DNA of 64,000 nucleotides from the NCBI RefSeq assembly GCF_009914755.1, contig NC_060942.1; one strand, 5' to 3'. Position numbers and translations under genes: made by a program. The notes beneath the pieces were generated by a model that worked only from the letters and a program-made list of their open reading frames with translations, had not been told where the DNA came from and did no database searches. Of this stretch, positions 38,891 to 51,785 are shown piece after piece; position 1 is the stretch's first letter, and every line of letters starts with the position of its first letter. The DNA is from the human T2T-CHM13v2.0 reference genome, Homo sapiens.

Positions 38891-39370
38891 TTCTTGGTTC
38901 CCACTGTCTGCAGAATATGAATCTTGGCATGTCCTCTCTTGTGGCCAGTCTCTCATCACCTCTCAGGCCACTCCTACAGGCGGCCCCTCTCCATCCCTGA
39001 ATGCTGTGTGTTTTCATATAATAACATAGCAGTGTTCATCCCTCTTCCCAAAGGGAGAACTTCTTTCTTTCTGGCAAAATCCAGTTCAAGTTTTATTATG
39101 TTGGGGAAGACTTCTCCAGATCCCTCAGGCAAAACTGAGTTGCCTCATTTCTCTTTCCCAGATCTTTATCAGTTTCACTCTTGCGGATTTAATAATGGGT
39201 TGCAACCAGTAGCTGCTATGGATCACTCTCCAAATGGCTTAAGGGTTCTTCATGGATCGAGAGACTGTTTTTTTCATGTCTGCACTCCTGGTGCCCATCT
39301 TAGAGCCTGGTACACCCAGTCAGTGTTTATGAAATGGGTAGATGGATGGATGAATGGATATGTAAATGAT
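38830..39370 (+). mobile_element. Degraded L2 fragment containing an A27 run (38861-38887)
   Basis: L2-like segments and a terminal ...gcctggtacacccag...gatggatggatgaatgg; the A run is seen directly. Confidence 0.55.
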
Positions 39371-41796
39371 TCCACAAAAATGTGATACATGGGTAATAAG
39401 TCATTGTAAATTAGGAACTATTGCAGGCACTGTCACTGGATGTATTTTTTATTCATAATGAACGTAATTGCTAGTTTTAAAAAATCATTTCTGAAAATTC
39501 TTAGAAATTAGAATACAAAATAGGTTTTGAACAAGGCATGTTGTAGATATGTATCTTCCTTGGCTTGCAATTAGGAAATGTTAACATTTTATGCATTAGC
39601 TTTCCTGACTTTCCACATTCTAGGCATTCTCCTAGGTCCTGAGTGAAGTGTTCTCTGCTCACCTTCTCTGTCCTCTTGGTTAGCCTCTGCCAGGAACATT
39701 GATAGCTGTGGTTCTTGGTTATTCTGTAGCTCGCCTCTAAGGCATGTATTATGCCTTAAAATTTTCATTATTTATTGGATTACTCTTGACCTTGACTCCC
39801 CAAGCAGATGATAAATTCTTAGAGGGCAGGAATCATATTTATACTCTCCCCGAGTCCTCTAGCATTTCTAAAGTGGTAGGTATGTCTGTGTAGTAAGCGT
39901 TAAAGGATTTTTTGTTGATGAGGCCATTACTTTGTTGTTTTGTTTTGACAAATTGCAAAATGCCCCCTTCCTCCATCTTTGGAGGAAGAATGAAGGCTCA
40001 TGCTCTCTTGTGAGAAACACAGCCCCACTCCGGCCTGTGAAGTGTATGGGAGGTTTACTGCAAGGATGCAGGGGTGTCGTGGAAAAGAGGAGCCAGAAGA
40101 GCAACGAGGCTTCTGAGGGTGGGGCTGGGGGCGGGATGTGAAACAGAAGTTCTTGAGAGCCAGGCATCTGTGTCTGTCTGTCTGTCTGCCTGTCTTGTCA
40201 CATGGTCTCTCATCCCTTCTTTTCCTAGGGCAAGTGCCACACCTCTTGACTTTCTCTGCTGACTGGGCCCTCTAAGAATTTATTGCTCTTTGAACATGAC
40301 AGCAGAATGATCATTCCAGGGACCATCACTGACTATTTTTTCCAACTTCAGGATATTTCTTCAGAGGAGGAATTTGATTGGTCCCCTTAGGTCAGGTGTT
40401 CTTCCTGGTCCGGTTAGCTGTGGCCAGAGAGATGGGGTCACTGGGTGTCAACATTTTCAAGCAGGATTATGGAAACACATCTTCAGATGACAGTGTGGGC
40501 TGGCTAGGCACGCCAAGCTTCTGGAGTGAAACTTGAAATATGTTTTAGCAGCAGTCAGTCGGGAATGTTAATTAAGGGGCCACTGTCGTCATTGCTTGGA
40601 GTAAAGATAGAGGTACCCTCTACTGCCTCATGAAGCTTTGGTCTAGGGAGTGGCAGCTTGTGAACGGTCTTGAGGTCCAATGAGAAATTGAGGATTGTTT
40701 TCCCCAGAAGTCCCTGCCACCAGGAAGTCTGGCAGAGTAGCATGGCAGACTGACTATCCGCTTTGTGGATTACTGTGCTGTGAGAGTGAGACACTGGGCT
40801 TCCTTAGAATGTTTGTGTCTGCTGTGTCTGTCTGAGGGGGATGGAGTGATACCTTGTATAATATGATTGCTGCCAGTCTTAAATTCATAAACTTCAGTAG
40901 GAAAAGAGAAGTGAAGAACTAAGTAGACTTGTAATTAATGAGATTTAGAGCCCCAGCAATGGGTGTAGAAAACACCCAGTTTCCTATGGAAGGCTCCAGG
41001 TACGGGTGGGGGCATGTGGGACTTTAGTTCTTATGGACAGCTAGTATGTCAAGGAGGAGCCTCCATCTGCCTTTTTGAAGCAGTCTTCATTTTTATTTGC
41101 CACATGCGAACTTCATTCCTTTGCCATGGGAGAAGAGAACAGCTTTAAAGACTATTTTTAGCTTGTTAGCACAGATAAGGAATTCTTAGGATTGGAGAAC
41201 TAATCAGGAGATCAAGGTGAAAAGGAAATGAATATGCAGAACGGCAGAAAGGAGACATGGCAGAACTGAGGGCCAGAAGGAGGAGCAGCTCCGCACCCAT
41301 GAAGCTGTGTGAAGACATGAAGCACTTCTTTGGGGAGAGGCCTCCACTGTTCCTTGCGCCACCCAGAAGATAGCATGAAACTGCTGGCACTAGGGAGGAA
41401 TCTTGTTGTTTTGCAGCAAGAAAAAGTGAGAAGCAGGCCTGGTGAGAGCAGATCTGCGGGCAGGTCTGTGGGTGGACTTCTGGGGCTTGTTCTCAAGTTG
41501 GGGTGGAGTGTTCGACCAGACTCTGCAAGCTCACTGATGGGAATGGGTGCCTGTTACCTCATGTGGGCACCAAACCTCTGCGCTTCTCTCCAGAGATCTT
41601 GTGGTTCTGGGTGTGAAGCTGAAGATTCAGAATGATACGTTTTCATCTCTTCTTGCAGTTGAAGGGTCTTCATTTGAAAGAGAACAAAGATATAGGACTA
41701 TGTCAGCCCCTTGGTGTTAATGATCTAAATTACAGGTTATTTCATTGTGCATGATCTCCATTTGCCACAAGACTAGGGTTGGGCAAATAAGCCAGA

Positions 41797-42090
41797 TTTT
41801 GTTTTTTGAGACAGAATTTTGGTCTTGTTGCCCAGTCTGCAGTGCAGTGGCACGATCTTGGCTCACCAGAACCTCCGCCTCCCGAGTTCAAGCGATTCTC
41901 CCGCCTCAGCCTCCTGAGTAGCTGGGATTACAGGTGCCCACCACCACGCCCAGCTAATTTTGTATTTTTAGTAGAGATGGGGTTTCTCCATGTTGGTCAG
42001 GCTCGTCTGGAACTCCTGACCTCAGGTGATCCGCCTGCCTCGGCCTCCCAAAAGTGCTGGGATTACAGGCGTGAGCCACCATGCCCAGCC
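41797..42090 (-). mobile_element. Full-length AluS (AluSp-like)
   Basis: tcttgttgcccag, ggtttctccatgttggtcagg, gacctcaggtgatcc. Confidence 0.93.
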
Positions 42091-42199
42091 AAACAAATTT
42101 TTAAAATTTTAAAAATGTTTAATTCCTGCAAGTCTGACAGTGATCTCTAGTAAAATCTATACAATCTATTACATGGTAGATAATAAGTAATTTTTAAAA

Positions 42200-43216
42200 G
42201 TTGAATCAGAAAAGTCGTGAGCATTTCTAAATGATTGTGGAATTACCAGAAATGAATATGGGTTAGCTAGGAGTGAGTATTACTAAGCCAGCCTCATATT
42301 GGGGATAATATTGGGCTGGTAGATTTAGTTTTGTGGAATAGATTTGCAAGAGACTCTTGTAAATATCTGTTTGGACTAGACGTTAGCGTGAGTTAGATGG
42401 AGTCACTATTTGTTTAAAAACAATCTGTTGTTATTGTTTTGAGTTATCAAAATGGAATGGGCAGACCAACTGGATGCCAAAAACCTGCCATGTTTTCATT
42501 AAAAAAAAATCAGTGTCCTCTGTCTAGAGGGCATACTCAATACAACTTCAAGCGATACAAAGCTGATAGGGATAGCTAACATGTTGTAGGACAAAGGTGG
42601 TAGAAATACTTGATATGTTATATATCACAAAGTTGAGATCTTGATAAATTGAAATCAACTAAAAAGGCTAAACGTAATGGAAATGCATGTCCTGCCTCTT
42701 GGGCTAAAAATTTTATTATATGAGTATGGAAAGAAAGTTGAACAAACATTTATATGAAAGATCTATGTGTTTTAGTTGACTACATTTATAGAATATAAAG
42801 CTTTGTAGGAGAAGATGGCCTAAAAGCTTTATATTCTGTTAAAGGGACATGGAGTGCCCACAGCTGTGATGCTCTGTAAGCCATATCTCAGGAAAGCCCT
42901 GACTGTTTGGAAGGTGTCCTGGAAAGGATGCAGGAGGAAAGTATTGGATGGTAAGAGGGACTGGGAAGCCTGGCCTGAAAACCTGACACATGGGTGTGCA
43001 AGCCTGTTTCCATCGGTCAAGTCTGTCCTGAGGAAGGAGCAGGCCTATTCTAGGTAGCTCCTGAGGGCAGTACTGCCTTTGTGGGTAGAGGTTGCTGGTG
43101 GACAGATTTGACTTGGGTATGAGCAGCCTTGATGGCTGCATTGAAGCTATGGCTTCAGTGGGTGGAGAGCTGAATTTAGTGGCCTCTAAGGTCCCTTCCA
43201 AATATCAGATTCTGCA
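42200..43216 (+). mobile_element. Ancient L3/CR1-like LINE remnant, 3' end
   Basis: Ends ggcctctaaggtcccttccaaatatcagattctg (CR1/MIR3-type terminus); the degraded upstream body is CR1-like and the left boundary is uncertain. Confidence 0.5.
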
Positions 43217-44619
43217 GTACTTGGACAATGTACATTTTGTTGTAATTTTAAAGCCACTAACATATGGTTTAGAGATGGGTTTATCACTATAATTTGGGTT
43301 ATGTAATACTATAAAAGGAAACTGTGATATGACCATCCTTTAAGTGGGAAGGCCCAAGGAAGTTTCCAGAGAACCAAGAGTAACCACGACTGTTTGCAGA
43401 GAGTGAGTTTTGTTGAATGTAATTATGATGAGAAAATACAGTTGTTCCTTGAAAAATATACTGTGACTGAAGAGAGTGCAAAGGAAGCACATCACATGTG
43501 GTACCTGTCCCCAATAATGCAGTTTGCATTTAATCCGAAGGTGAATTCCATCACATAGATATAAAGATTTAAAGAAAAAGTCCTGTCTCCCTTTGGTGAT
43601 TCTTTTTGAGCATTTCTGCTTTTCAGTAATCATAGCTTTGTTTGACCAAGCTAGCGCTGCCTCTCAGGGAACGGAGAGCAGTTATTACAGCTGGCATGGG
43701 CAGCCAAGGATCTTCAGGGCCATGCCATCTTGGAGATTTTCTTCAGAAAGAGGCCCTGATTACTCTTTATTTTTGCCCGTGTTGTTTTACTCTGATCTGT
43801 AATTTAAAATCTACTATACAAAGAGTCCACAGAATGCCAGCTGGATGCTAGTTTAAAGATTTTTTCTTTTGCTCTTTATTTAAAAAAAAATTTAAATAGG
43901 ACTGTCAACTTTGGTGTTTGCTGTTAAGAAATTCGTGAGATGCAGCTTTCTGTTTCCTTAATTTCAGTGGACTAAGATATCAGAAACAAAATCACCAGTG
44001 TAAGACTCTGTTCAAGGGGTCTTTTTTCCTAGCAAAGTGGGCAGGGATGACTCAGCCAACTTAATCTCACATGGAGGAGGGGAGGACCAGCAGGCTTCTA
44101 GAATGGGCCTCTAATGGCAGCCTGGCAGCTGTGACTCAGGGAACCCTTGCATGTATGCTGGGTGTCCAGTTCTGCCCATTCTTCTCAGGCCATGATGGGG
44201 TCACACATGGAAGGGAGGAAGCAGGCAAGCAGGACCAAGACTGTGCTTGAGCTCATGGGTCACTGTCAACTGCAGAGGACAGTAAATGGCTCCTTCTTGC
44301 TGGTTTTGAAAAGCAGATGCTTAACTCATATATAACAATGGGTGCGTCTTGACTTTTGTTCACTGCTCTTTATCATATGTTTGGACTTCATTTGGGAGCA
44401 AGGGACAGCGTAGCTTTTATTTTTGGTTTTATGATTTTCTGCCTTTTAAATGTAAAGCCATATCTTTCTGTTTCCCATTTCCTTCAGTTATTCAAATGTC
44501 TTAATGTCTTTAGCCCACACATTGAATCTTGTACATAATCATTTCTATGACCCCGGCTTGGTAGAACATCAGGAGGTGGATGTGCTCAAACTCTGCTCTT
44601 GCCCTGGAAGTACAGTTCT

Positions 44620-44872
44620 TTCAGAGTCTCTCTTAATGGGCTCCCCTGATTAGGTCAGGCTCACCTAGGATAATCTCGCCTTTGATTAATTCAGAGTAAA
44701 CTGATTTGGAAACTTAATTACATCTGCAAAATTCCCTCATTGTTGTCACATAGTTTAACCTAGTCACAATGATGATATCTCATCACATTCACGAGTCTAA
44801 CCCAGATTATATAGTGGGTACAGCAGAGAAGGGAGTCTTGGGGGGCATTTTAGGATTCTGTCTACCATACTC
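44620..44872 (-). mobile_element. MLT1-type MaLR LTR fragment
   Basis: gattaggtcaggctcacctaggataatct...cttaattacatctgcaaaattccc. Confidence 0.75.
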
Positions 44873-45399
44873 CTGTAAACATTTACTCATTTAAGCCTCA
44901 AAGAATTACACAGGATTAGTCAGTAACAATTTTCCTTACAGAGCTTAAATTCCTTTCCACCTCAAGTTCACTCACTTAGTACTTTATTATGAATTTCACC
45001 AAACTCCCTGTGTGGAAATGAGCTTCAGGACCAGTTTTAGCAGAAGAAAATAGGTTAACAAATTTATTCAATTCAACACGTTAGGATTTTATTCTATCTA
45101 GAATATTCTGGGCATGTGGTCTAGTGCAAGGCTACTCAGTGTGATCTATAAATCACTGCTGATTGGAGAACTGTACGTATCACAGCAAGATATGAACAGA
45201 AAGTGAGAGTAAGCATTTAGAAACATTTATAGTAATTTAATACTGTCGCAGTATCTAAGCCAGTGATGAATAAGCACATCTTTTTGACCAAAATATAGGA
45301 CAGGTTGGGTATTGCTGGACTCATGTGATGAGTTACATATGGTGTGTGATCTGTGTGCTGGTCCTGTGTTTTAGAAATAGGTTAGAAGGTAGGATTTTA

Positions 45400-46560
45400 T
45401 TTTTAATCAACCTTATTGAGGTATACTTTACATTCAGAAAAATGCACCCACTTTGACAATATGATGAGTTTAGACAAATGTATAGACCCATGTATCTACC
45501 ACTACCACAATCGAGGTTTAGAACATGCTCATGTTTTCAAAAATTTCCTTGTACCCCTTCTCAATCACTCTAGGCCCTCTCCGCTCCCCACCTGTAGCTT
45601 CCAAGCCACTGGCGATTGCTGATAGGCTTCCTGATTAGATTAGATTAGATTTATCTTTTCTAGAGTTTCATATGAATGAACTTATTCACTGTGTACTCTT
45701 TTATGTTATATTATGTTTTATGTTTGCCTATCTGAAGATCACAAAGATTTTATCCTCTGTTTTCTGGTAGACATTTAATAGTTTCAGTTTTTCTATTTTG
45801 GTCTATAATCCAATTTGACTTAATTTTTATGGATGAGGTAAGATATGGATGTCTATTAATAGTCGTTCAAACACCATTTGTTGGAAATACTATCTTTTCC
45901 TGTTGATTTATATTGGCACGTAGGTTGAAAATCAGTTGACGGTGTATGTGTGGTTCTACGAATGGATTCCATATTCTGTTCTATTGCTCTGTGTGTTCAT
46001 GCTTAGGCCGATGCTATACACTCTTGATTACCATTGTTGTATTGTACATTTTGAGATTAAGTAGTACAAGTCTTCAAATTCTTTGTCAAAATTATTTTGA
46101 TTGTTCTATGCCCTTTGTATTTCTATATACATTTTAATAATCAGATTGTTGATTTTTTTTATTTAAAAAATCTGGGATTTTTATTGGGATTGCAGTGAAA
46201 GTGAATCTGTAGATCAATTTGCGGAGAACTGACATCTTAATAATATTGAGTCTTCTATTTATTCAGGTGTGTATCTTCATTTATTTGAGCTTTCTCAGTT
46301 TCTTCCTGCAAAGTTTTATAATTTTCAGGGTACAGGTCTTGCAAATACTTTGTTAAATTTATTCTTAGGTGTGTCATTTTTTGATGCTATTATAAATTTA
46401 AATTTCCAAATTTTATTGCTCATATATAGAAATAAAATTGATATTTTTATATTAACCTTATAGCCTGCAATTTTGCTAAACTTATTATTTCTAGTAGCTT
46501 TACTAAATAGATTTCCTAGGATTTTCTGTGTATGTAATCACATCATATGTAAATAAAGTC
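45400..46560 (-). mobile_element. Old L1M fragment nested in the Charlie element
   Basis: ttattgaggtatactttacattcagaaaaatgcacc...; tagatcaatttgcggagaactgacatcttaataatattgagtctt. Confidence 0.85.
46099..46217 (+). repeat. Copy 1 (donor, inside L1) of a 119-bp dispersed direct repeat
   Basis: 118/119 identical to 47840-47958. Confidence 0.96.
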
Positions 46561-47839
46561 AGTAGCTTAATTTAATGCTTAATATTATTAGTTGAATATT
46601 ATTTGGTCAATGTATATTAATTTATTTGTAACCTTAATTTACTGATGGTGAAGGGCAAAATAAATTTCACTGGACTTTTTTTTTTTTTTTCTGGTCAAGA
46701 AAAGACCCGTTTCCTTGAATAGGCAGTAGTGGGTTGTAAACTAAATGGTGAAAATGGAAGTCATTTCAAGAGCAAAATATTTTATATTAGTTATACCTGG
46801 AAGTATTCATATATTCATTTTTATAGCTATAATTAGCTAAATAAACTGCTAAAACCACTGTGTATGTTATTCTGTGAGAATTTAGTGCTAATGAAGGGAG
46901 AAGACCATCTGTATGTAAATAGTATTTACATGTAAAACAAATTATTGAAAACAAAAATAATTCTTTGAAAGAAAGAATCCAGTTAAAGAGCTGACTGATG
47001 CCAATGTTCACTATTTCATATATCAGCATTAGTACTTTGTGGGTTTCTCACTAAGTAACAGTTTGGTTTGCTAAGAATAAAAAGCCAATATTCAAATGAT
47101 CAAGCCAGTAATGTAAGACTACATCAAAAATGTTTGTGTGGAAGTGTTGGGTAAATCTATGGCAAAGAAGATACCTCAGACATCGCTTTCCAATGATATA
47201 TTCAGAAACTGGCTAATGATATAGAATGATATATGAAAAGCAACCCATAGAACAAATGGAGTCAGTAAGGAATTTTCATTACAGGTTAAAGAATGCACAG
47301 ATTTGCTAAGTGGCAATTCTTCTAGTAAGTGTGTAATTTCATCATGTTGATATGATGGAAGAAGTCTTTTCAGCGTTATTACTGATAAACACAACTAGCT
47401 CTGAATGATATAAAACTGAAGAATTACATTTTCAACAAGAGTGGTCTGCAGTTTAAGTTTTGTACAGGATAGTGTGTTCTGACAGCATCATTGCAACGAC
47501 AGAAAAATATTCTAGAGAAGCCCCATGGATTAAAGAGCTTTTAACAGAATGCAAATCAGTGCACTCCTTCCTTCACTGAGAAAGTCTGGGTATGAAAAAA
47601 ATGTCATCCAAACTAAACAGTTTGCTTAGTGCTGATATAAGAATTGTAAAATATATACAGGCAAAGGTGTTAAAAATTATCCTTCCTTTTATATGCTAAA
47701 ATGGAAGCTAATTATAAACTGATATTGCATGCTGAGGTATGACAGTTACCTATGGAAAAGTTCTGTGGAAAATAAACTGTGAAATAAGTTCTTAGCATTT
47801 CTTGAAGGCAAGGAACCAGCTTGTTCTCAATTCCTTAAA

Positions 47840-47958
47840 GATTGTTCTATGCCCTTTGTATTTCTATATACATTTTAATAATCAGATTGTTGATTTTTTT
47901 TATTTAAAAAATCTGGGATATTTATTGGGATTGCAGTGAAAGTGAATCTGTAGATCAA
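47840..47958 (+). repeat. Copy 2 (inserted into the Charlie transposase remnant) of a 119-bp dispersed direct repeat
   Basis: 118/119 identical to 46099-46217. Confidence 0.96.
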
Positions 47959-48684
47959 ATGAATTAGACAACCAGATTTGCTTATTTGTTTGTTATCCGA
48001 GGTATTAAAACCCCCATGCACAAAGGAATGCAATACTTCTTTTTAATGGGATAAAAGATCAGTGGGCAGAAAAAAAGTTATCAGTTTCACAAGCACAGAA
48101 ATTCTACAGATTGCTATGTTACGTCCCATGATTTAACTGCAGCGATTTGTGACGTAATGATCTTAATATTGCACATCTATGAAACATTGTCATCAAATAC
48201 CTTATGAATTTAATCAAGCATTTTGAATTTTATTTTTTTACCAAAAATGATCTATGTTTAGGAAATGTATGGTAGTAGCTACTGATTTCAACCAAAGATA
48301 ATTTAAATTTAGCCGTAACTGCACAGGATAAATTGTGGAACTGGCAGCTACTGAAAGATTCAAGGTGTGTTTTGATAATATAGCATTTGCTTTCATTTTG
48401 GATAAAAGTTGAAAATTAATGTTCTGAGCTTGCCAAAATTATGCTAAAACCTCTTTCCCTATTTTCATCAACATACCTCTGTGAGACTCCTTTCTGTCCT
48501 TAGGAGTGTTGCTAAAATGAAATACAGAAACAACTTAGACATATCTTAGCCCCTGCAAGTAGCTTGGTTTATCCAACCTAAAATAGATAAGTTAACAAGC
48601 AAAAGGTAAGCTAAGTTGTCCTATTAAAAACTTTGAATATTGGTATATGATGTTTTTTCTCATTGTATGAGTATTAGCTTTTTT

Positions 48685-48900
<216 letters not shown>

Positions 48901-49200
48901 AAGTATTAGCTTTTTGCTTGTGCTACAACAAAACATGAGAATAATAGTGATCTTCTATATCGATTGGCCTATGCTTGCTTTTGTTATGTTTGTATTGTCT
49001 AATTCTTTCCTTTTTCTGCAAGTTATATATTTTCAGATTATATTTACTAAAATTCAATTTTGTGTATTGAGTCTAATGTTAAAATATTTGACATGTACTT
49101 ATACATCCTTTTTTATTTCCTTTACTGGCAATTTATTTTTACTGTTTTTTACAAAAGCATTGGTCAGCAATGGACTTGAAATGTCCTTCCACACTAGTAG

Positions 49201-49631
<431 letters not shown>

Positions 49632-51055
49632 TGAATCTGTTCCAAGCAGTTTCCACAGCAAGGCTGTTAGGAACCTCCATGAAGACCTCAAATTGCTCCA
49701 CAGAGAAAACTTGACAATAGAGGGTATTATCCAGAAATATTATTTATCTTAGTCTCAAGCTGGCTAGCATGGTGGTTGTTTTTAGAGACTACTTTTACCT
49801 TCACGCTGAGGAGCCAGCAGGCCCCTCAGCTCTCTGCATTTCTCCGCTGACTCTGCCAGCTGTGGAGTGTGCTTGCAGGTTACCTGCAACCTCCTCCTTG
49901 CCAAATGCAGGGAGCTTTTTCTTGCTGTGTTCTCCCCTTCTCTTGGGCACTGGAGGGCATTCACCATCAGTCGTTTAAAAACTTCCCTCTCCCACCGGCT
50001 CCCCTGCTTTCTCCCTCTCTCTTTCTGGCAGCTTCTCTGGCTGTGGCTTCAGTAGCCCTTCTGCCCAGATCCCTGGCCCTCCCCTCCTGCCTGTACTTCT
50101 GTCAGTCCATGGGATGTCAAATCTAGCAGCCCCTCAAACTCAGCATGACCACTGTTATGTGTGTCTGTTGTCAGCAAAACCTGTGGGCAGTCACCCGACC
50201 CAGAGGCCTGGCCATCTCCCTTCCCCACATATTGCTCAGGTATGGAGGCCTGTACCTGGTGTCTGCTGCCCCAGTGCTCTCCGTCCATGCCCTGCCTCGG
50301 CTCAGGCCCTCTCACTCTCCTCTGCACCACTGTAAGACACTGCTCTTCATCCTGTCTTCAGGCTCACTCCTCTAGCTCATCTTCCACATTGGCACTTGAG
50401 TTTTCACTCAGAAAACCAGTTCTGATCCTGGACTGACATCCGTGTGGCCTCAGGGTGAGGCCTAGACACTTTGCAGCCTGTCCTGAACAACTGGGCTCAT
50501 CTGGGATGACTCTGTCTACCTCGCACCCAAAGTTGTGCTGAACACAGGCAGTTGCAGACACAAGCCATTTAGGAAGGCAACAAAACAAAATTAATCTACT
50601 AGCATCTCATGGAAACTCTGGACGAGAAAGAATGTGAAAGCTTCTAGCTAGCAGGAGATGCTAAATGGGAAAAAAAACAGTACAGCATCTTATTACTGAA
50701 AGAAGTTATGAAAAAGGCCCTTGATTTTTATTGAATGCTCCTTCATTGTTGTAGTTAATATATAGTTTTCTAAAAAGACTTTCAAAGTTCTATCCCCAAC
50801 CCTATGGTTTCTTTCCCAAAAAATCTTAAGCTTTTCAGCCATGTATTTTTTCTCCATGGGGCTGTAGAAAGGCAGCTGTATTACTTGCCAACCTGGCTTT
50901 CGCTTGCAGAGGACCCTCCAGGTATGTTGTCAGAACTTTGGCTCTGCCCCAGGATTTAGCAGAGGAGTCAATGACTATTTGGGTAATGAATAAATGAATC
51001 CTCCCACACTCTAGGACTAAATCAGCACTTGTCAAATCTGAATGTGCATGTGACT

Positions 51056-51094
51056 GTATTAGTCAGGGCTCTCTGGAGAAACAAAACCAATAGA

Positions 51095-51153
<59 letters not shown>

Positions 51154-51645
51154 GTTACATAAGAGGAGACTTTTTATGTGATTATGAAGCCCAAGAAGTC
51201 TCATGATCTGCTGTCTGCAAGCTGGAGACTCAGGAAAGCCAGTGGTGTCATTGAGTTTGATGGCCAAGAACCAGGGGAGTGGGCAGTGTAACCTCTCAGT
51301 ATGAGGCCATAAGCCTGAGAACCTGGGAGGTAGCTGGTGTTAAGTCCTAGAGTCCAAAGGCCTGAGAACCTGAAGCTCTGATATCCTAGTGCAGGAAAAG
51401 ATGGATGTTCCAGCAGAGAAAGCATTTGCCCTCTTCGATTCTTTTGTTCTATGTGGTCCCTCAATGGATTAGATGATGCCCTCCCCATCCCCACAATGGT
51501 GAGGGGGCTCTTCTTTACTCAGTCTACAGATTTAAATGTGAATCGTTTCTAGAAATGCCCTCACAGACACACCCAGAAATAATGTCTTACTAGCTGTCTG
51601 GGTATCCCTTAGCCCAGTCAAGTTGACACTTAACCTCCACCATCT
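51056..51645. mobile_element. MLT2 (ERVL) solo LTR
   Basis: tgtattagtcagggctctctggagaaacaaaaccaatag...gtctgcaagctggagactcagg...cccagtcaagttgacac. Confidence 0.88.
51096..51143. repeat. (TG)24 microsatellite inside MLT2
   Basis: Pure TG run. Confidence 0.97.
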
Positions 51646-51649
51646 TAGT

Positions 51650-51785
51650 GACTCTTCTAGGGATCCTGTTAAAATGTAGGTGATGTTTTAGTAGGTCTGT
51701 ACCGGTAGGACCAAGGTTCTTTGTTTCGAATAAGCTCCCAAGTGATGCTGATGCTGCTGGTCCAGGGACCATCCTTTGAATAGCT
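51650..51785 (-). mobile_element. MER5A fragment
   Basis: aagctcccaagtgatgctgatgctgctggtccagggaccatcctttgaatagc. Confidence 0.8.

Noticed and set aside
38924-39385. 153-aa ORF
   Set aside because: Lies in a degraded L2, has a non-ATG start and low-information composition.
41806-42150. Alu-derived ORFs (also 27603, 37370, 48640, 49416, 62116, 62150)
   Set aside because: Typical translated Alu peptides (e.g. [15 protein letters not shown]); no evidence of coding.
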